Assembly (NCBI RefSeq): GCF_009914755.1
Contig: NC_060932.1
Length of the DNA stretch: 64,000 nt
Source of the DNA: the human T2T-CHM13v2.0 reference genome, Homo sapiens
Strand: one strand, 5' to 3'
Shown in pieces: positions 46,044 to 60,697 of the stretch. Made by a program: the position numbers and the translations under genes. Each line of letters opens with the position of its first letter. Position 1 is the first letter of the stretch. A model generated the notes under the pieces. It saw only the letters and a list, made by a program, of their open reading frames with translations. It had not been told where the DNA came from and searched no databases.

Positions 46044-46902
46044 TTAGTTATTTTCAATCAGTATAAAAATGTTATTAGGTATAAGTAGGAGTTATATTCA
46101 AAATATTGAAAAACCAGTATATAATACTCATTGACCCATCAGGACTGAAGGCAAAAGTGAACTGCCATTCCCTCTGTACTGGTGCATGCTGGCTGGATAT
46201 AAGCAATAGTCATAAGGAAATAATTTAGTTGATATAGGTGAGATATTCAATAAAAATACAACAAGTAGTTAGAAGGCTTTCTATTTATTGAAGTTACATC
46301 GGTCACTGATAGTTTCTTTGTGTGTCTCAACCAAAATCAATATAATAATAATAATGAATAATAAAAGTTTATTACAGCAACATTAAGATGTCTTCGTATA
46401 TAATTTTTTTTCAAACTGTGTGGCATTATTTGGGTTGAATTTCCAACTCAGTTTTAAAGCAACTTTATGATTAAATTGAGTAGAATCAACTAAGCATTTT
46501 CCAAGATATGGAAATGAAATATGTCTTCTAATATGGCCTACAAACCATTCATTCTGCCAAGTCAGGCATAGGCCTGAATTCAAAGAACAAAGGTTAGAAC
46601 TATAGTGTCAGAAGGCAGCAAAATAATAGTTTGGAAAGAACCATCAGAATACAGTTAACGGCTTCAAATTTTAACACGTTTTCTTATTGTACATTCCAGA
46701 AAAACAAAATTAATTTTTCTTCTCTAATAATCCCTTTCCTCTTTTCACTCCTTCTCCCTTCTTAAAAATTCTAAATAATCTCTATCAACACAGGGAATGA
46801 GGGTCTCAAGACAGGCTATTACTATTCTGTATTTTGGCTTATTTTTAAGCAAATAGTTCTGCCAGCAGTATGTTTTCCTTGAAAATAATTTAACAGCTTT
46901 AC

Positions 46903-46983
46903 CTATTTCAAATTCATCATCTTCCGTCAAAATTTCAGCATTGGGCACAGGTGGTGGAGGTTGGCACACCCTTAGTTGATAGG
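46903..46983 (-). CDS. CSMD3: CSMD3 coding exon, first part of the inter-CUB Sushi (AYQLRVCQPPPPVPNAEILTEDDEFEI)
   Basis: tttgtag|CC acceptor, G|gtaaag donor; 81 nt. Confidence 0.95.
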
Positions 46984-47501
46984 CTACAAAAATAAACAAA
47001 GTGTTTATTCCTTTTCTGTGCAGCTACATGTATTCACATATGCAAAAAAACAAGAAAATTATGGAAAGTTGTTTAAAAAAATAAAAATAAATTACATAAT
47101 TTATCAAGTGTCAATTACATCTTTATTTTTAAAAATATACTACAACATTACAAAATATTTTCCCATGGTAACAATGCTTACTTTTTATTCTTTATTTCTT
47201 ACCCTTATTCTAGTCCTTCTTGTTATGTGGTTCAAAACACCTTGTTTTTTTCCTCCTTTGCATGATCACAATTTGGAATTACGTATTCATGTTTGCTTAC
47301 TTGCTCTGTGCCTATCTTTCCCAATACTCATCACTGAATGCCCTGCACTTAGCAAAGTGCATGGCATACAGCAATAATTGCAAACAAATGCTCAGTGTTT
47401 ACTTTATTCCAGACAGTATTATAAATACTTAACTCAATCCTCACAAAAAAAATTTTCTTATTTAATTTATGTTACTATTTCTATAATTGCCCCCATTCTT
47501 T

Positions 47502-47733
47502 TTTTTTATACTTTAAGTTACAGGGTACATGTGCACAACGTGCAGGTTTGTTACATATGTATACATGTGCCATGTTGGTGTGCTGCACCCATTAACTCGT
47601 CATTTACATTAGGTATATCTCCGAATGCTATCCCTCCCCCCTCCCCTCCACCCCACGACAGGCCCCGGTGGGTGTGTGATGTTCCCCTTCGTGTGTTCAA
47701 GTGTTCTCATTGTTCAATTCCCACCTATGAGTG
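47502..47733 (-). mobile_element. Young primate L1PA 3' end, heavily 5'-truncated, inserted in a MIR
   Basis: TATACTTTAAGTT...GTACATGTGCACAACGTGCAGG...; 17-bp TSD AATTGCCCCCATTCTTT at 47485-47501 and 47734-47750. Confidence 0.95.
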
Positions 47734-50379
47734 AATTGCCCCCATTCTTTAAAAAAGAAAACTGTTAAAGAGAGTTAAAAATTTGCCCAAATCAAGAAGC
47801 TATAACGTGACAGAGCTGAGATTTGAACCTAGATAGCCTGGCTCCAGAGCCTTGTCTTGCCATGCTACTTTAATATAATTATGAGATATCTGTTTATCAA
47901 ATGTCATGTTTCTAATTATGATATCACTTGAACAGTTCATCTCATTGGATTAGATTGGCATTTGGCATAATTGAAAGGCCACCACGACAAAGTCTCTATG
48001 AATCCAAGCTTCATGCCTACTATCCTCACATGACATCTAAAATCTACAACAAAATCATTTGCTTGATTGAAGTCTTTTTTTTTCCCTTAAAGTCTTCTAA
48101 AAATGTACTATACTCATATTCATTCAGGAAACATGTTTTATACTATTATAACATCTGAGGCAAATTGTTTTATATGCCTATTTTTACTACTTAAACTTAG
48201 AAGTTCTTTATGTACTCAACGTGCTGATAAAGAGAATGAGACTCAAAATACACAGTAGCTTATACAAGAGCACACAATTAGTACAGGACATAGCCAAAAA
48301 CTGAAGTGTATATCCTCTAATTTCAAAGCCCATTCAACACTGCTTCTATTGCAAAAAAGTATTATGGGAGTATTGAAAAGCATCAACTAGACCAGCTCAG
48401 GAAGACTCCTATAGTAGGAAAAGAATGAGATATACTTGAAAGAAGGAGTAAAATTTTTCCAGTTCTGAAGAGTGATCCTGGGGAGAAGAGCATTTCAGGT
48501 GGAGGAGAAAACTTGAACAAAAACTTGTGCAAAGCATAAAATCATTGATTCATCATCATCTAACAAAAAGCTATTTATAAGAGATTAATTGGCTAATAAA
48601 CATTCAGGTTACTAAGGACAAAGAAAAGAAAGACTTTTCAAAATGTAGATCTACAGTGATGAAACAACCAAAAAAATCGTGTTTTAATTTTCTTCTGCAA
48701 ATTGTTTTCTGTCCCTTCAAACATCTTCCTTCCAGTAGTTTAACCTGTTTATAAAAGCACTTGCTGTGCGTGGATGTTAACTTGCAAGTAAAACACCACT
48801 GTACAGAAGGGTTACTGCTAGAGAAGAAAGACTTGCTGGGAAAGAACCCCATGGCAGAAAGTATAATCCAGATTTTTGATAAAATGTTTGGTGGATAGTA
48901 ATTAGGAATTTTGACAATTGTTTTCCTGAACTTATACTTTAAAGGGGGTACAGTGATAAAGAAAAAAGGTAATTGTAAGAAATGCCTAAAATGTAAGAGA
49001 AAATGGAGAAGATAGGGGGAGCCTAAACAGAGAAATCTTTCTGAGACTATGCTTTAGAGAAGGCTTTGTCTGATCTTACCAGAGAATAGAGATCAACTCA
49101 GAAATTACAGAAATGTAGAGATGCTCATACCTGTATTATTTTACTTGTGTTTTTCTGTGAAGTTATTTTAATCTTCATGCTAATCCTAAATTGTTTGATT
49201 ATTGTAAACAAGAAACACTTTTTTATGTGGAATCCATGACTATTATCATCTGTGGAATATTCTGAGAATGACCTAGATAACTCAGTCACAGGATTTAAAA
49301 GATCAAAGGTTGTAATTTTTTACTAAAGAAGACTATGATGCTCAGAGTTATTATGTTATTTTTCCAAGACAACATGGGTGCTGTGAGCTAATGTCTTATT
49401 CTCTGTTCTTTCCTATCACTGTCAGTTTTATAAAATGTGTCCCTAGAAGCTAAGAGATCACTGTGAGCCCATGGAGGGTCTGAGGTGTAATGTCCTTAAC
49501 TTCCAACTCTACTTCAATAAGAACAACTCTATTCTTATCAATTGTATAAATTTGAATTCTGAACAAACTTTCCTTTGAATAAACATTCTACATTCTTACC
49601 TAAGTGATTCCCTTGATTCTTTTGGCTACAATTCTGACTCTGTGTCTCAATTCCCAATTCTATATTGCCAGGCTAAACATCTCTTCTGACCTCTTCATGC
49701 CTCCCTTTCCCACTCCTCACTGTTATTTTCTAATCACAGAACCCCTTTTGTGGCACATGTAAACACGACTTGTTCAAAGTGTGTTATTTTCCATTTATTT
49801 GCATGCTTGTTCATTGGGTCCCTATGTAGACTTTAAGTTACATGACAGAGGCTATTTGTTTATCTACCTTTTTCACTATCCAGGAATTAGTTCTTGTCAC
49901 TATACTTATAATTCAACTAATATTTGCTAATAACTGACAGAATGTAGGTTTCTTCAAGAGGGAAGCAGTCTCTCAACAGTCTTCCCTAAGATGACTCCCA
50001 ACTTTAAAATTGCCAGTGGGGATGAAATAGAAACAATTGAGTGTCAGACAATGCTAAACATTGAAATATAGGCAAGATCTGGTTAAAATGCTTTTCAGGG
50101 TTGAACTATGTAATTTTGAATAAAAAAGTAAAGGGGAAAGGAGTAATGAAAAACAAACAAACAAACAAACAAACAAACCTCTTTTCATCTGTTTCTCTTT
50201 TGACTTTTGAAGACCAAGCACTACAAAAGGCTTAATCATAAGTAGCTTGCAACAATTTTGTTTTCAATCTTCATCAATCTCTACTAGTATGTTCTTTAAC
50301 ATAACTCTATGATTTGTCCAATGTCTCTCCAATCTTGCTGCCAATATCTCAGTCTAGATTCCTGCCATTTAATTCCCGC

Positions 50380-50694
50380 TGTACTGGGTTGAATAGTTTC
50401 ACCTAAAATTCATGCCTTTCCTGGAACCTAAAAATGTTATTTGAAATAGGGTTGTTGCAGACGTAATTGGTTAACTTAAGGTTGTATAAAATTATGGGGG
50501 TACCCTTAATTCAATATGACTAGTGTCCCTATAAAATAAAAAGAGACACAGAGATGATCACACAGGTAAGATGGTCATGTGATGATGAAGGTTCAAACTG
50601 TAGTGATTCATCTATAAGCTAAGGAATGCCAAAGATTGCTTTTAAGCCACCAGTTTGTGGTACTTTGTTTCAGCAGCCCTAGTAAACTAATACA
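50380..50694 (+). mobile_element. MLT1-type MaLR solo LTR, internally deleted
   Basis: TGTACTGGGTTGAATAGT...CAGCCCTAGTAAACTAATACA. Confidence 0.82.
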
Positions 50695-51409
50695 CCTGTG
50701 TTATTAAATTGGCCTATAGTGTGTTCCTTACCTTCAGTGTCTCCCTGATACTACCCTTCTTACATACAGTGAAGTGATAGAAGAGAATCAAGGAAGTATT
50801 TACCTGGAATCCACTTTGTACAAAGGACTCTGAAAAGTCCTTTACATGCCTCTTTCATTAATCACTAAAATGCCACATCAAAATATGTGTAAATATACTC
50901 ATGTTACCAAAAGGGACACTAAATTTCATAGTGGTTGAATTATTTGCCCTACTCACACAGCCAGAATTTGAACCAAGTTCCAATATAAAATTAAGACACA
51001 TTGTCTCCCCGATTTATAGATAAATAAACCTCATTTTGAATATCATTTTGTTGCTGCCATTTCCCTATTTTCAATTTACAGTGTTTTTTTATGGCCTACA
51101 GATTGAATTTATCATCTTAGATAAAGCAAGATCATTACCCTAATTCTCATCAGTCTCTCACACAAGATGTCTGCTATATACAGCTGAACTTTCCTGGGTG
51201 CTTTGTATTTGCCATGTTCATTTCCTATCCCACATCTTCATTTCTGGCAAGCTTGCCAGCCTAGAAATTGGCACCATAATATTTAGCATTTAGTGTTTCA
51301 TTGTGTTGAATTGTTTTATGTATTGGTTCACGTTCCGCGTATAGCTTATGTATTTTGTATTGTATTTGCATTTCCTACAATACCTAACACATTTAATTTA
51401 GTTGTTTAT

Positions 51410-51900
51410 TAAATAAGTTATTATTGAGCTCCTATGATCTGCCAGATGCCAGAAACCATAATAGGTGCTGGAAATGCAAAGGTAAGCAAAGCAGACAGAA
51501 GCCTGCTCTGTATATGCTAATAGTTGGTGAGAAAGATATTAATTAGTAGAATTTAACTAGTTGAAGCAAGGGGTGTGTGTGTGGGTGTGTGTGTGTGTGT
51601 GTGTTTTCTGGAGATGAATGATAGCCCTAGTGAGAGAGAGGAGGGATCGAAAAGAGCAAAAATCAGGGGCTAAATCAGACAGGATTGTACAAGTTATACT
51701 CAGGATTTCATTTATTTTAAGCTGAGACCAATGGGAGGCCTTTAAAGAGATTTAAGTTGGAGGGGAATGTGGTCAGATTTATCCTTTAAAAGATCACTCT
51801 GGCTGTAGTCAGAAATTTTTAAAAAGCACACACACAATTGGAAGAGAACAAGAGTGGATAGCAAGAGACTACTAGAGTCTATATTGCAGTGGGTGTTAAA
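51410..51900. mobile_element. L2 fragments containing a (TG)n tract (51573-51604)
   Basis: TTATTGAGCTCCTATG and GTCAGATTTATCCTTTAAAAGATCACTCTGGCTG are L2-like segments. Confidence 0.65.
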
Positions 51901-52709
51901 TAAACAATTGCTGATAGAGTCTACATAACTTCTTAGTGTCCCCAAATGACTTACGCATTAAATTAAAAGTCTTGATTATGACCTCCAAGGGTTTCTAACT
52001 TTGTCTGATTAACTTCATCCCCACCTATTAACCAGCTTATATTTTTAGCTATAAATAATCAAAAAATAGTTTATCTCCTCTACTTAAAATTCAAGTACCA
52101 CTGATAGGCATGTGGCCTATCATTCTTACTTCTTAAAAAAATGTTAAACCACATCTCTTCATTTTTAATACTAAATTTCAAAAAATCAAACCTGTCTACA
52201 ACCTCTTACTGTAGTCTTTTTAATTACTGCATCAACAGAGCTCTTAAATGGTTGAGAGCTTAACATTTGATAACATAGCTAAAATTTTATGTTCTGTATA
52301 ATTTTCTTTTGTCTTTCATTTTCTTGAAATCTATCTTCCTAGCTCTTTTATAACTTTGAACATGACCAAAACAGAGATGTCTTCACTGATAATGCTACCT
52401 AAAGTTGATCCTTTGCAGTTAACTTTGTTTCACAGTCTGGCAATTTTCACAATCTGTAAGAATTATGCATTTGTTTACTATCTATTTTCTTATACTAGAA
52501 TGTAAATTCCATGAAAGCAGGCATTTTTGCTTTTCTTATTAACTACTAACTCTTTAGGGCATAATCCAGTGTTCAGCACGTAGCAGCATCCAATAAATAT
52601 TTGCTGAATGACTGACTGCTAGAGAAATGAAAGAATGGATGCCGAATTAGTGTATATACATATATATTACATATAAGTATATATATGAATGAGTATATAC
52701 GTATGATAT

Positions 52710-52960
52710 ATAACACATTCTTATGGTATTGAGTAAGGACATAGTCTAGACTCTTTGGCTCTTTGGGTTCGAATCTTATTTTGAACACTGAAAAACTGGC
52801 AAAACTTGGGCAAGTTATTTATCTTTCTGCTTTGCTTTCCTCATTTATAAAATAATAATGATAATAGTAATAATTTTATGCCATCCCAAAGGGCAGTTAT
52901 GAGAATCAAATGGGTTTACACATGCAAAGCATTTGGAATACTGTCTGGCACATTTTAAGC
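52710..52960. mobile_element. MIR SINE
   Basis: GGTTCGAATC...TTGGGCAAGTTATTT...CTCATTTATAAAAT. Confidence 0.75.
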
Positions 52961-53735
52961 TTATCTTTCAATAAGAATAAACCACTATGACATCAAATTG
53001 GGTTTCTATTTCTTCAAGATATTTGACATTCACAAATAAATAACATAAATATTAATATTTTCTGCTTTTCTTAACTTTCACTTCTTATGTATAAAGGACA
53101 TTTTGATTTGGCAATTATTTACAGAATTATGAATAAAATTGAGGCATGTTGTCTTTGTTGGTCAAAGAAAAGGGTGTAATGATTGTGAGGTGTGATGCAG
53201 CAGATGTTTTGTAATTGAAGGCAACAAAGGGGAATTAAACATTGTGCAGCTCTGCTTCTCTTTCTGAAGATGTTTCTATCAAACCAATCAACATCATAAA
53301 AAAATACATAATCCAGTTTGTATTGATAACTACATTTGTGCACAAAGCAGGCTGATCAAATATTTACTCTGTAACCAGACTGATGGTTCAAATCTCGGTC
53401 TGCTGTTGGCTATTTCCATCACCTTAGGCAAACTGCTAAGAATCTGCTTCAGCTATCTCATCTGTAAAATAGACATAAAGCCAAGATTGAGTTAAAATAT
53501 TATAAAGTGCTTAGAATAAGGCCTGAACATATTACCAGTTAAGAGGGAGGGTACATTCCGCTTGACAAATATTGGCATCAGCATTTCTGCTGTGATGATG
53601 TTTGTGCCCCATACTCATGTAACTTCAATCTGACGTGACCTTCCTCACAATGGGTCATTCAAAGCACCCACGTGACTTCCCAGAACGTATCTAACCATTT
53701 GTTTGTTTCTTTTCTGATTTAAATTGGATATTCTT

Positions 53736-54052
53736 GGCCAGGCACAGTAGCTCATGCCTGCAATCCCAGCACTATGGGATGTGAGGAGAGCAGACCACTT
53801 GAGGTCAGGAGTTTGAAACCAGCTAGCCACCTGCAGAGACAGGTGAAACCCTGCCTCTACTAAAAATACAAAAATTAGACAGGTGTGGCGGTGCATGCCT
53901 GTAATCCCAGCTACTTGGGAGGCTGAGGCAGAAGAATCACTTGAACTCAGGAGACAGAGGTTGCAGTCAGCTGAGCTTGTGCCGCTGCACTCCAGCCTGG
54001 GCGACAGAGTGAGACCCTGTCTCAAAAATAAATAAATAAGTAAATAAATAAA
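53736..54052 (+). mobile_element. Alu SINE (S/J)
   Basis: Full dimer with (TAAA)n tail; TSD TAAATTGGATAT(T/C)CTT at 53720 and 54053. Confidence 0.93.
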
Positions 54053-55591
54053 TAAATTGGATATCCTTGTTTTACATTGATGTACCTTATACTGTAGTAT
54101 AAAATCCATGAGTTTAGCAACACACTGTATCATCCTATATAATATGTAAGTGTCTGTGGTCTCAAAACTATTAGCACAGTGCTCTGGAAATCACTTAAGA
54201 AATACTAATTAATAACAAATCAAAGTTAGAAAATACCTCATTCTGTATAAAATATATGCTTTGGTTACTCAGGAAGAAAATAAACAGGTCTGGTACAAAT
54301 ATATCCAATATTGTACAGGTTAGGATCATAGACAAACTGGAAATAATCTTAGAAATCATTTCTCCTAGACTCTTTAAGGGGTAGTAGGAAGATGACCTAA
54401 ATAAGTGAAATGAGGTGGACAAGGTCACACATTCAGCCACTGGTGGAACTGAAATGATTAAATCATATAAATTATGTCATCTAAACTTTAAATCATATGT
54501 ACATATATGTTAGTCCATGCTTTTCATGGATTGTTCTATTTAGAAACAGTTTGCAGCCATGACCATTAACAGAAAAGCTGCACAAAATAGATATTCACAC
54601 TTTAAAAATACACATTGGAACTAAGTATGTGTTCTTTTTAGAAGAATCATGTTATCTGACATGCCCCACCAACTTTTAAACACCATTTGCTATCTAACAA
54701 CTACTAACAACTACATGAGAGCATCGTATTCCACATGTCTGTATCTTCTGAGGATGGCTATTATTTAAATAGTTCTCTGTTTTTGTCCAAATGTGCATAG
54801 ATATCTGGTTCCTCGTCCAACAAATATGCTTTTTGAAATTGGTTTAAGATTTGATTCTGGCAATAGTTTTTCGTTATTTTTAATTTTCTATTTTCTTTTC
54901 AATGAAACATCCAACCCAATTCCAGAAAATAATGCTGCATGTATCTACTTCTATTCAATGCGCTATTAAAGCCTTCTTCAAAAAAGACAAAACAGAACAC
55001 TGGCAAATTGCCATTCCTTCTCCAAACCAAAAAAAGCACAAGCACATAACCTTTCTGCCAAGTAAGGACACAGTATTCCTTACAGAGGACAGAAATAACG
55101 TTGCATATTCCCTTATAAACTCTAAGCTCTATATAAGCCCCAGTGTACTTCAGTGCTCATCCAGATTAGTTCAAGTATGATAATCTCATGATTTGGGGGA
55201 GAACAACCATTGATAAATTTTATGTTCTGTTATGCAGTTTGGGCAGTGTTATTTTTAAACTTATCTGAAATAAGCTTAAGCTATTTCACTTGAAAGCAGA
55301 ACTAAGTGTATTGAAATTAATGCTACCTTAGTTTTAATTGAAGAGAAGAAAACAATAAATTTGTTTTCCATTTTGCAGAAAATCTGCCAGTGAGTTGACA
55401 TGAAGATAGAAGTGTGTTCCAGCAGGGTTTAAATTACTTTACAAATATCCCTTTTACATCACTAATATTTTATATTCAGTTTGTTTCTCTGCCTCTATAA
55501 GGGAGAATATTAGAAATCAAGAGTGAATGCTTATTTGGATTTAGAGATGCGAGAAAGAAAGTTTCTATCATGAGGAATGAAAATGAATCAA

Positions 55592-55957
55592 TGATCTGAT
55601 TTGGTTCTGTGTCCTGACCCAAATCTTATCTCAAATCATAATCCCCATAAGCCCCATGTGTTGAGAGAGGGATCTAGTGAGAGGGGATTGGATCATGGGG
55701 GTGGTTTCCCCGATACTGTTCTCATGAGAGTGAGTGAGTGCTCATGAAATCTGATGGTGTTTGACAGTTCCTCCTTTACACACTCACTGTCTCTCCTGCC
55801 AACATTTAAAACGTGCCTGCTTCCCCTTCTGCCATGACTGTAAGTTTCCTGAGGCCTTCCCAGTCATATGGAACTGTGCGTCAATTAAACTTCTTTCCTT
55901 TATAAATTACCAAGTCTTGGGCAGTTCTTTATAGCAGTGTGAGAATGGACTAATACA
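55592..55957 (+). mobile_element. THE1D/MSTA-like MaLR solo LTR
   Basis: TGAT...CCCAAATCTTATCTC...GGACTAATACA; 5-bp TSD ATCAA/GTCAA. Confidence 0.9.
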
Positions 55958-56129
55958 GTCAACAAGAAGTCACTCTTACTATTTACCTAGAAAAGAAATA
56001 ACAGAAACTATTGTGAAACAAAACTACTGGGATATCTGCTGCATTATTGTAAGAACATTTCAATATCTGTTGCATGAATTGTCTTCTCCGCATGCAGACA
56101 GCTAATTTAAGGTATGCTGCCTTAGTGCT

Positions 56130-56698
56130 GAGCCCATTAAAATCTGAAAAATAATGTGCCAAAGACCTCTTCTCTACATTGTTGAGTTCCCTGGCATATA
56201 GACCTGGCTCTAATTGATAGGCATTGTCTCCTGTTAAACATAAACAGTTTCCCAGAAGACAAGGTAATTCTTTGACCTTGTTGAAACAAGCGAGAAATAA
56301 GACCTTTCCATAGGCATAATCAGAAAACAAGAACACTGTTCAAATAATCAAAATGACAGTCTTCCACCTCAGCCAACATTAGTGAATAGTATTTCCACAC
56401 TAATTATATAGGTATATTCCATTCCCCCCCACCTTCTAGAAAAAATACTAAGATATCCAATCATAAAACTGCTCAAATTTTCTAACAGCACCCAATCCAG
56501 AAGAAAATTATGTTTCCTTGAACCCTTCTCAAAACCATCTCATACAGTCAAATTCCTTTATCAAGCCTCTCCTGACACACTTTTGCTGAGATCACAGAGT
56601 CCCTCATCATATGTTGTCTCACTCATTATCATGAGCTAATAAATCTAACTTTGTTTAACAGAAGTTGTGTTCCTGATAGTCTTTGGCTGGAGGCAACA
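56130..56698 (+). mobile_element. Old ERV1-like solo LTR (MER89/MER90/MER110-like, tentative)
   Basis: AAACATAAACA... and a 3' end AATAAATCTAACTTTGTT...GTGTTCCTG...GTCTTTGGCTGGAGG resembling these LTRs; recognition only. Confidence 0.5.
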
Positions 56699-56911
56699 GA
56701 AAGTAAGATATTTAAGAAAATAAATACCATACCTTATCAACTGGGCATATACATACAGTGAAGTGTCAAAAGATAGTAATTTTGACATGACTTTTAGTTT
56801 TGAGTAATAATTAAGTAGTCATTTAAGTCATTTAACTAACAGTAAATGGTATTTTCCTTTCCTCCTAACAGTTCTAGCAGTTTGGGTTTTAGCTCCATTG
56901 TTTCATTTTAT

Positions 56912-56960
56912 ACACACATATACACACAAACACACACACACATACATACACACACATACA
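56912..56960 (+). repeat. (CA)n-rich repeat
   Basis: Interrupted CA/TA dinucleotide run. Confidence 0.85.
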
Positions 56961-57914
56961 TTATTACACGATGTCCATACCCCCGTTCTCTCTGGACATC
57001 AAATAATAAAACACTTTACGGGTTCTGTGCTCTAGCTATTACAATACAAAAGGAGGTCAGGTCTTTAGGTTATGTGAGGCAAAGGGGTCACACAGTTAAA
57101 GGCAATCGTGACTTATGGTTTATATAAAGCATGTCCTTACATCTGCAGCAATCTCTTTTAGGATGAGACTTTGTGAAGTTAAATATACTTGTTTCCAAAC
57201 ACAGCATTTATTGTAAAAGTAGCATAACCGTAAAAGATGACCTGAAACACATTACAGGCCTTTTAAATACATTTCTTTACAATAATGAGTCATTATGTAA
57301 TCAACTCATTCTTCAATAGAAAATGTGCCAATAACAGAAAATAATAACATAATTATTAAATCATATTATGCTAAGAAAATCTTCCACTTACAAAGTGAAT
57401 TTCCCTAGTACATTGATATTAGAAAATCAAGTGACCTGGATAATTGGCTTAAACACCATAAAATAATTTCGGTATTAAATTAGTAAATACATATTTTGGC
57501 TATACTCTAGTCGCCTGGTTATTTTGAGTGACATAAGCCAGATCTCAATAAAATTTTTTCTCTTGGCACAGTGCCCACAGGCACATTTTAGAAACTATAA
57601 AGAATACATTGAGCTGTGATAAATCTATAATGTACTGTCACTACTTTGTAGATCTTGGGTAAATGAAGCAATAAGAAGCTTAAAGCTTCAAGTTATAATT
57701 AGGAGGCGTATTTGAGAAAATGAGATGACCCATCACATTGCTAAAAATGAAAATCACTTTGACTAAATTTTTAAAGAACAATTAGGTTTATATACCATTA
57801 AATATAATCTATTCATGAGATAATACCAGCTTAGAACATTGTCTGGCACTTAATAAGAATACAATGAATTTTAGCTGTTGTTATTGTTGTTTTGATTTTT
57901 CAAAAAGGGATCAT

Positions 57915-58130
57915 TCTTTGAAGTCAGGCAGACCTATTTTGAACTCCAGCCAGCCCTTCTACTTATTAGTTCTCTGGCTTTATGTAGGTTATCCGGTTTT
58001 TTACTCAGTTTGTTCATTATTAAAATGAAGATAATAATACTTACCTTATAGGGTTACTATGAAAATTAGCAATAATACATGGAAAGCACCTAGCACAAGG
58101 CTCAGCATATTAAATTTTCAATAAATGGTT
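57915..58130. mobile_element. MIR SINE
   Basis: CTTTGAAGTCAGGCAGACC...AAAATGAAGATAATAATACTTACC...AAAGCACCTAGCAC. Confidence 0.78.
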
Positions 58131-60158
58131 GTTACCACTAATATAGTGATGGCTATACAAAGTCACTGCAAAAAGAACACTCAGTTAAAATTTATTTTGA
58201 GTAATTTATCTTTCAGGGGGTCATTAATTAGGACTGAATATTATTATTAATTATAAACCAACCTCATCTTGACTCTACAGCAGATATGAAGAAAATGCGG
58301 TTCTTATTTTAGGAAATCATAATTATAGCAACACAAAGAGATACAAAAACATTTCCTCAAATGAGAAAAAAATATGATATCTGAGGTAAACTGCCTCAAC
58401 ATTTACGCTTGTCCTATTTTTTCATTGCAGAGAGCTTTCATTTTGCAAAGCTTTTTTATAAATGTTATTTTTGATCATAAAAGGCTTTACGAAGGTGATG
58501 TTTTATAAAAGACAGATGGCTGCCTGGATCTTATAAAGGAAGTTAGGTTAGAGAAAAAAACATACATTTTTTTCCCTCTCTTTTCCAGCACATTCAAAAT
58601 ATATCAACAAATAAAACTTCAATGATCAATGTGACCTTAAGAAAATACACAAAAATATTGAACTGTCAACCTTATAAAATAAATATACAAGTCTTGAGAA
58701 AATCACTTCTGAATTATAAAGCAAGGTATATCAGAAGTAACTATCAAGTCTAAGAGGATATAAAGAAAACTGGGTGGGGTAGTAAACCATTCAAAGATTA
58801 GGCATACTCAGCCAGCTTAAAATAAGTGTTAAGCTTATAATGAATTATATACTTGGTTTATTTATCAAAAATTCCAAATAATTTGACCAATTTTTTACTA
58901 TTATGAGATTTCCTTATGACATTGAGCTTATAGCTCAAATTAGTATTAACAGGCATATCTTCTTGTTCTTGTTAAGGAGGATGTAATTTAGAAATTACAC
59001 ATTTAGTAATTCTAAAATGATCTTTGTAAAAGTTGTTACTAACACTGCTCAAATAAATGCAAACAACTTTTTAAAGAGTCTGAATGCACACTTCCCACTG
59101 TAACACTAAAATACAATCAGTCAATAACAAAAATATAAAGAGGATAAGAACAAGAAATTTGTATCCTCAAAAAACAGTCAATAAACTCCTAAGGCTTATA
59201 AAATAATACACCATATTGTAATTAAGTTTTCAAAAGTTTGGTAAAAAGAGTAAGTGTAATCATAGAAGTGATGGCAGTGATCACCATGAGTTCAAATTAT
59301 CAAGAAGTGGAGGAAATGGGACTTAACATAAAAAGACTTAAATAACTGAAGATGAGTTAAGAAACCAAGAGTATTTATGATGGAGATGAAGATGAGATTT
59401 AAGAATGGAAGTTCAGGAGGCAGTGAGAAAACCAACCTGACTGAAGTTGTGTAGGGACTGCAGAGTAACAATCAGTGAACTGGATTATAGGGTAGCTTTA
59501 AATTAGATTTAATGTAGGCCTCATGCATTCTTGAAAAGGCAGGTAGGAATGAAAGCAGTGCTTTAGAAAAATTATCCTATTAGGCTAGAGAAATTTAAAG
59601 TATCAGTCAATTTTTAACATGAACTCTGGCTATGCTCCCAAACTTCAAGTTTATTTTAAAATTTGGGTAGAATCTCCATAGCTGTTGATTCAAACAGTAG
59701 GCTTCATTAGGCTCTGGCAATTTTTTTGCACCTTATTATAAAATCTAATGAATAAATGTCCTATTTGAAAAATCTAAAATGTGAGGTAAGATATGGTATG
59801 GAAACAGATATTTACTGAACATCTGCTCTGCCAGGCATTATGCTACCTGTATATTATCAATTATCTCCAATTCTCAAAACGTCTCCTCAGCTTAAAGCTG
59901 ATAATAGTAACAATTACAATATTTCTACAGTTGAGCTATGTAAAATTGCCCATAGGATTTTTTGACCAATGATTTTATATGGTTCAACCTAATATATGCC
60001 AGTAATTGGAATAAATTATACATATATAATATGACATTTAATCCTCTCAGCAATTCTATCACATTGCTTTACAGCTGAGGAAAGTAGAGATCAAAGTGTA
60101 ACTTGTCCAAGGTCAAATAGAAAATCAAGGGTTAAATGAATATCTGATCTGTTTTATT

Positions 60159-60468
<310 letters not shown>

Positions 60469-60669
60469 TTGATCTGCTTTATTCTTAAGCAATTCTATTT
60501 CTATCACACATGTCTCAAAGCCCACTTGCAAAAGTCAAGTGAAACATTTTGAAATGAGGATATATGTTTATATATTCATATATGTGTATATTTAAATCCA
60601 CACTAAGATTTTGTGTTTATGTATATCTATTATCCACATATTTTTATATGAATGTTCAAATTCTGTCTC

Positions 60670-60697
60670 ATACACACACACACACACACACACACAA
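60670..60697 (+). repeat. (CA)n microsatellite
   Basis: Perfect CA run. Confidence 0.92.

Noticed and set aside
46976-47734. ORFs of 118-133 aa on the plus strand
   Set aside because: Low-complexity AT-rich and L1/MIR-derived translations without recognisable domains.
55983-56336. 117-aa minus-strand ORF
   Set aside because: Overlaps an LTR-like region, has a non-ATG start, no domain, and no matching splice sites that I could identify.
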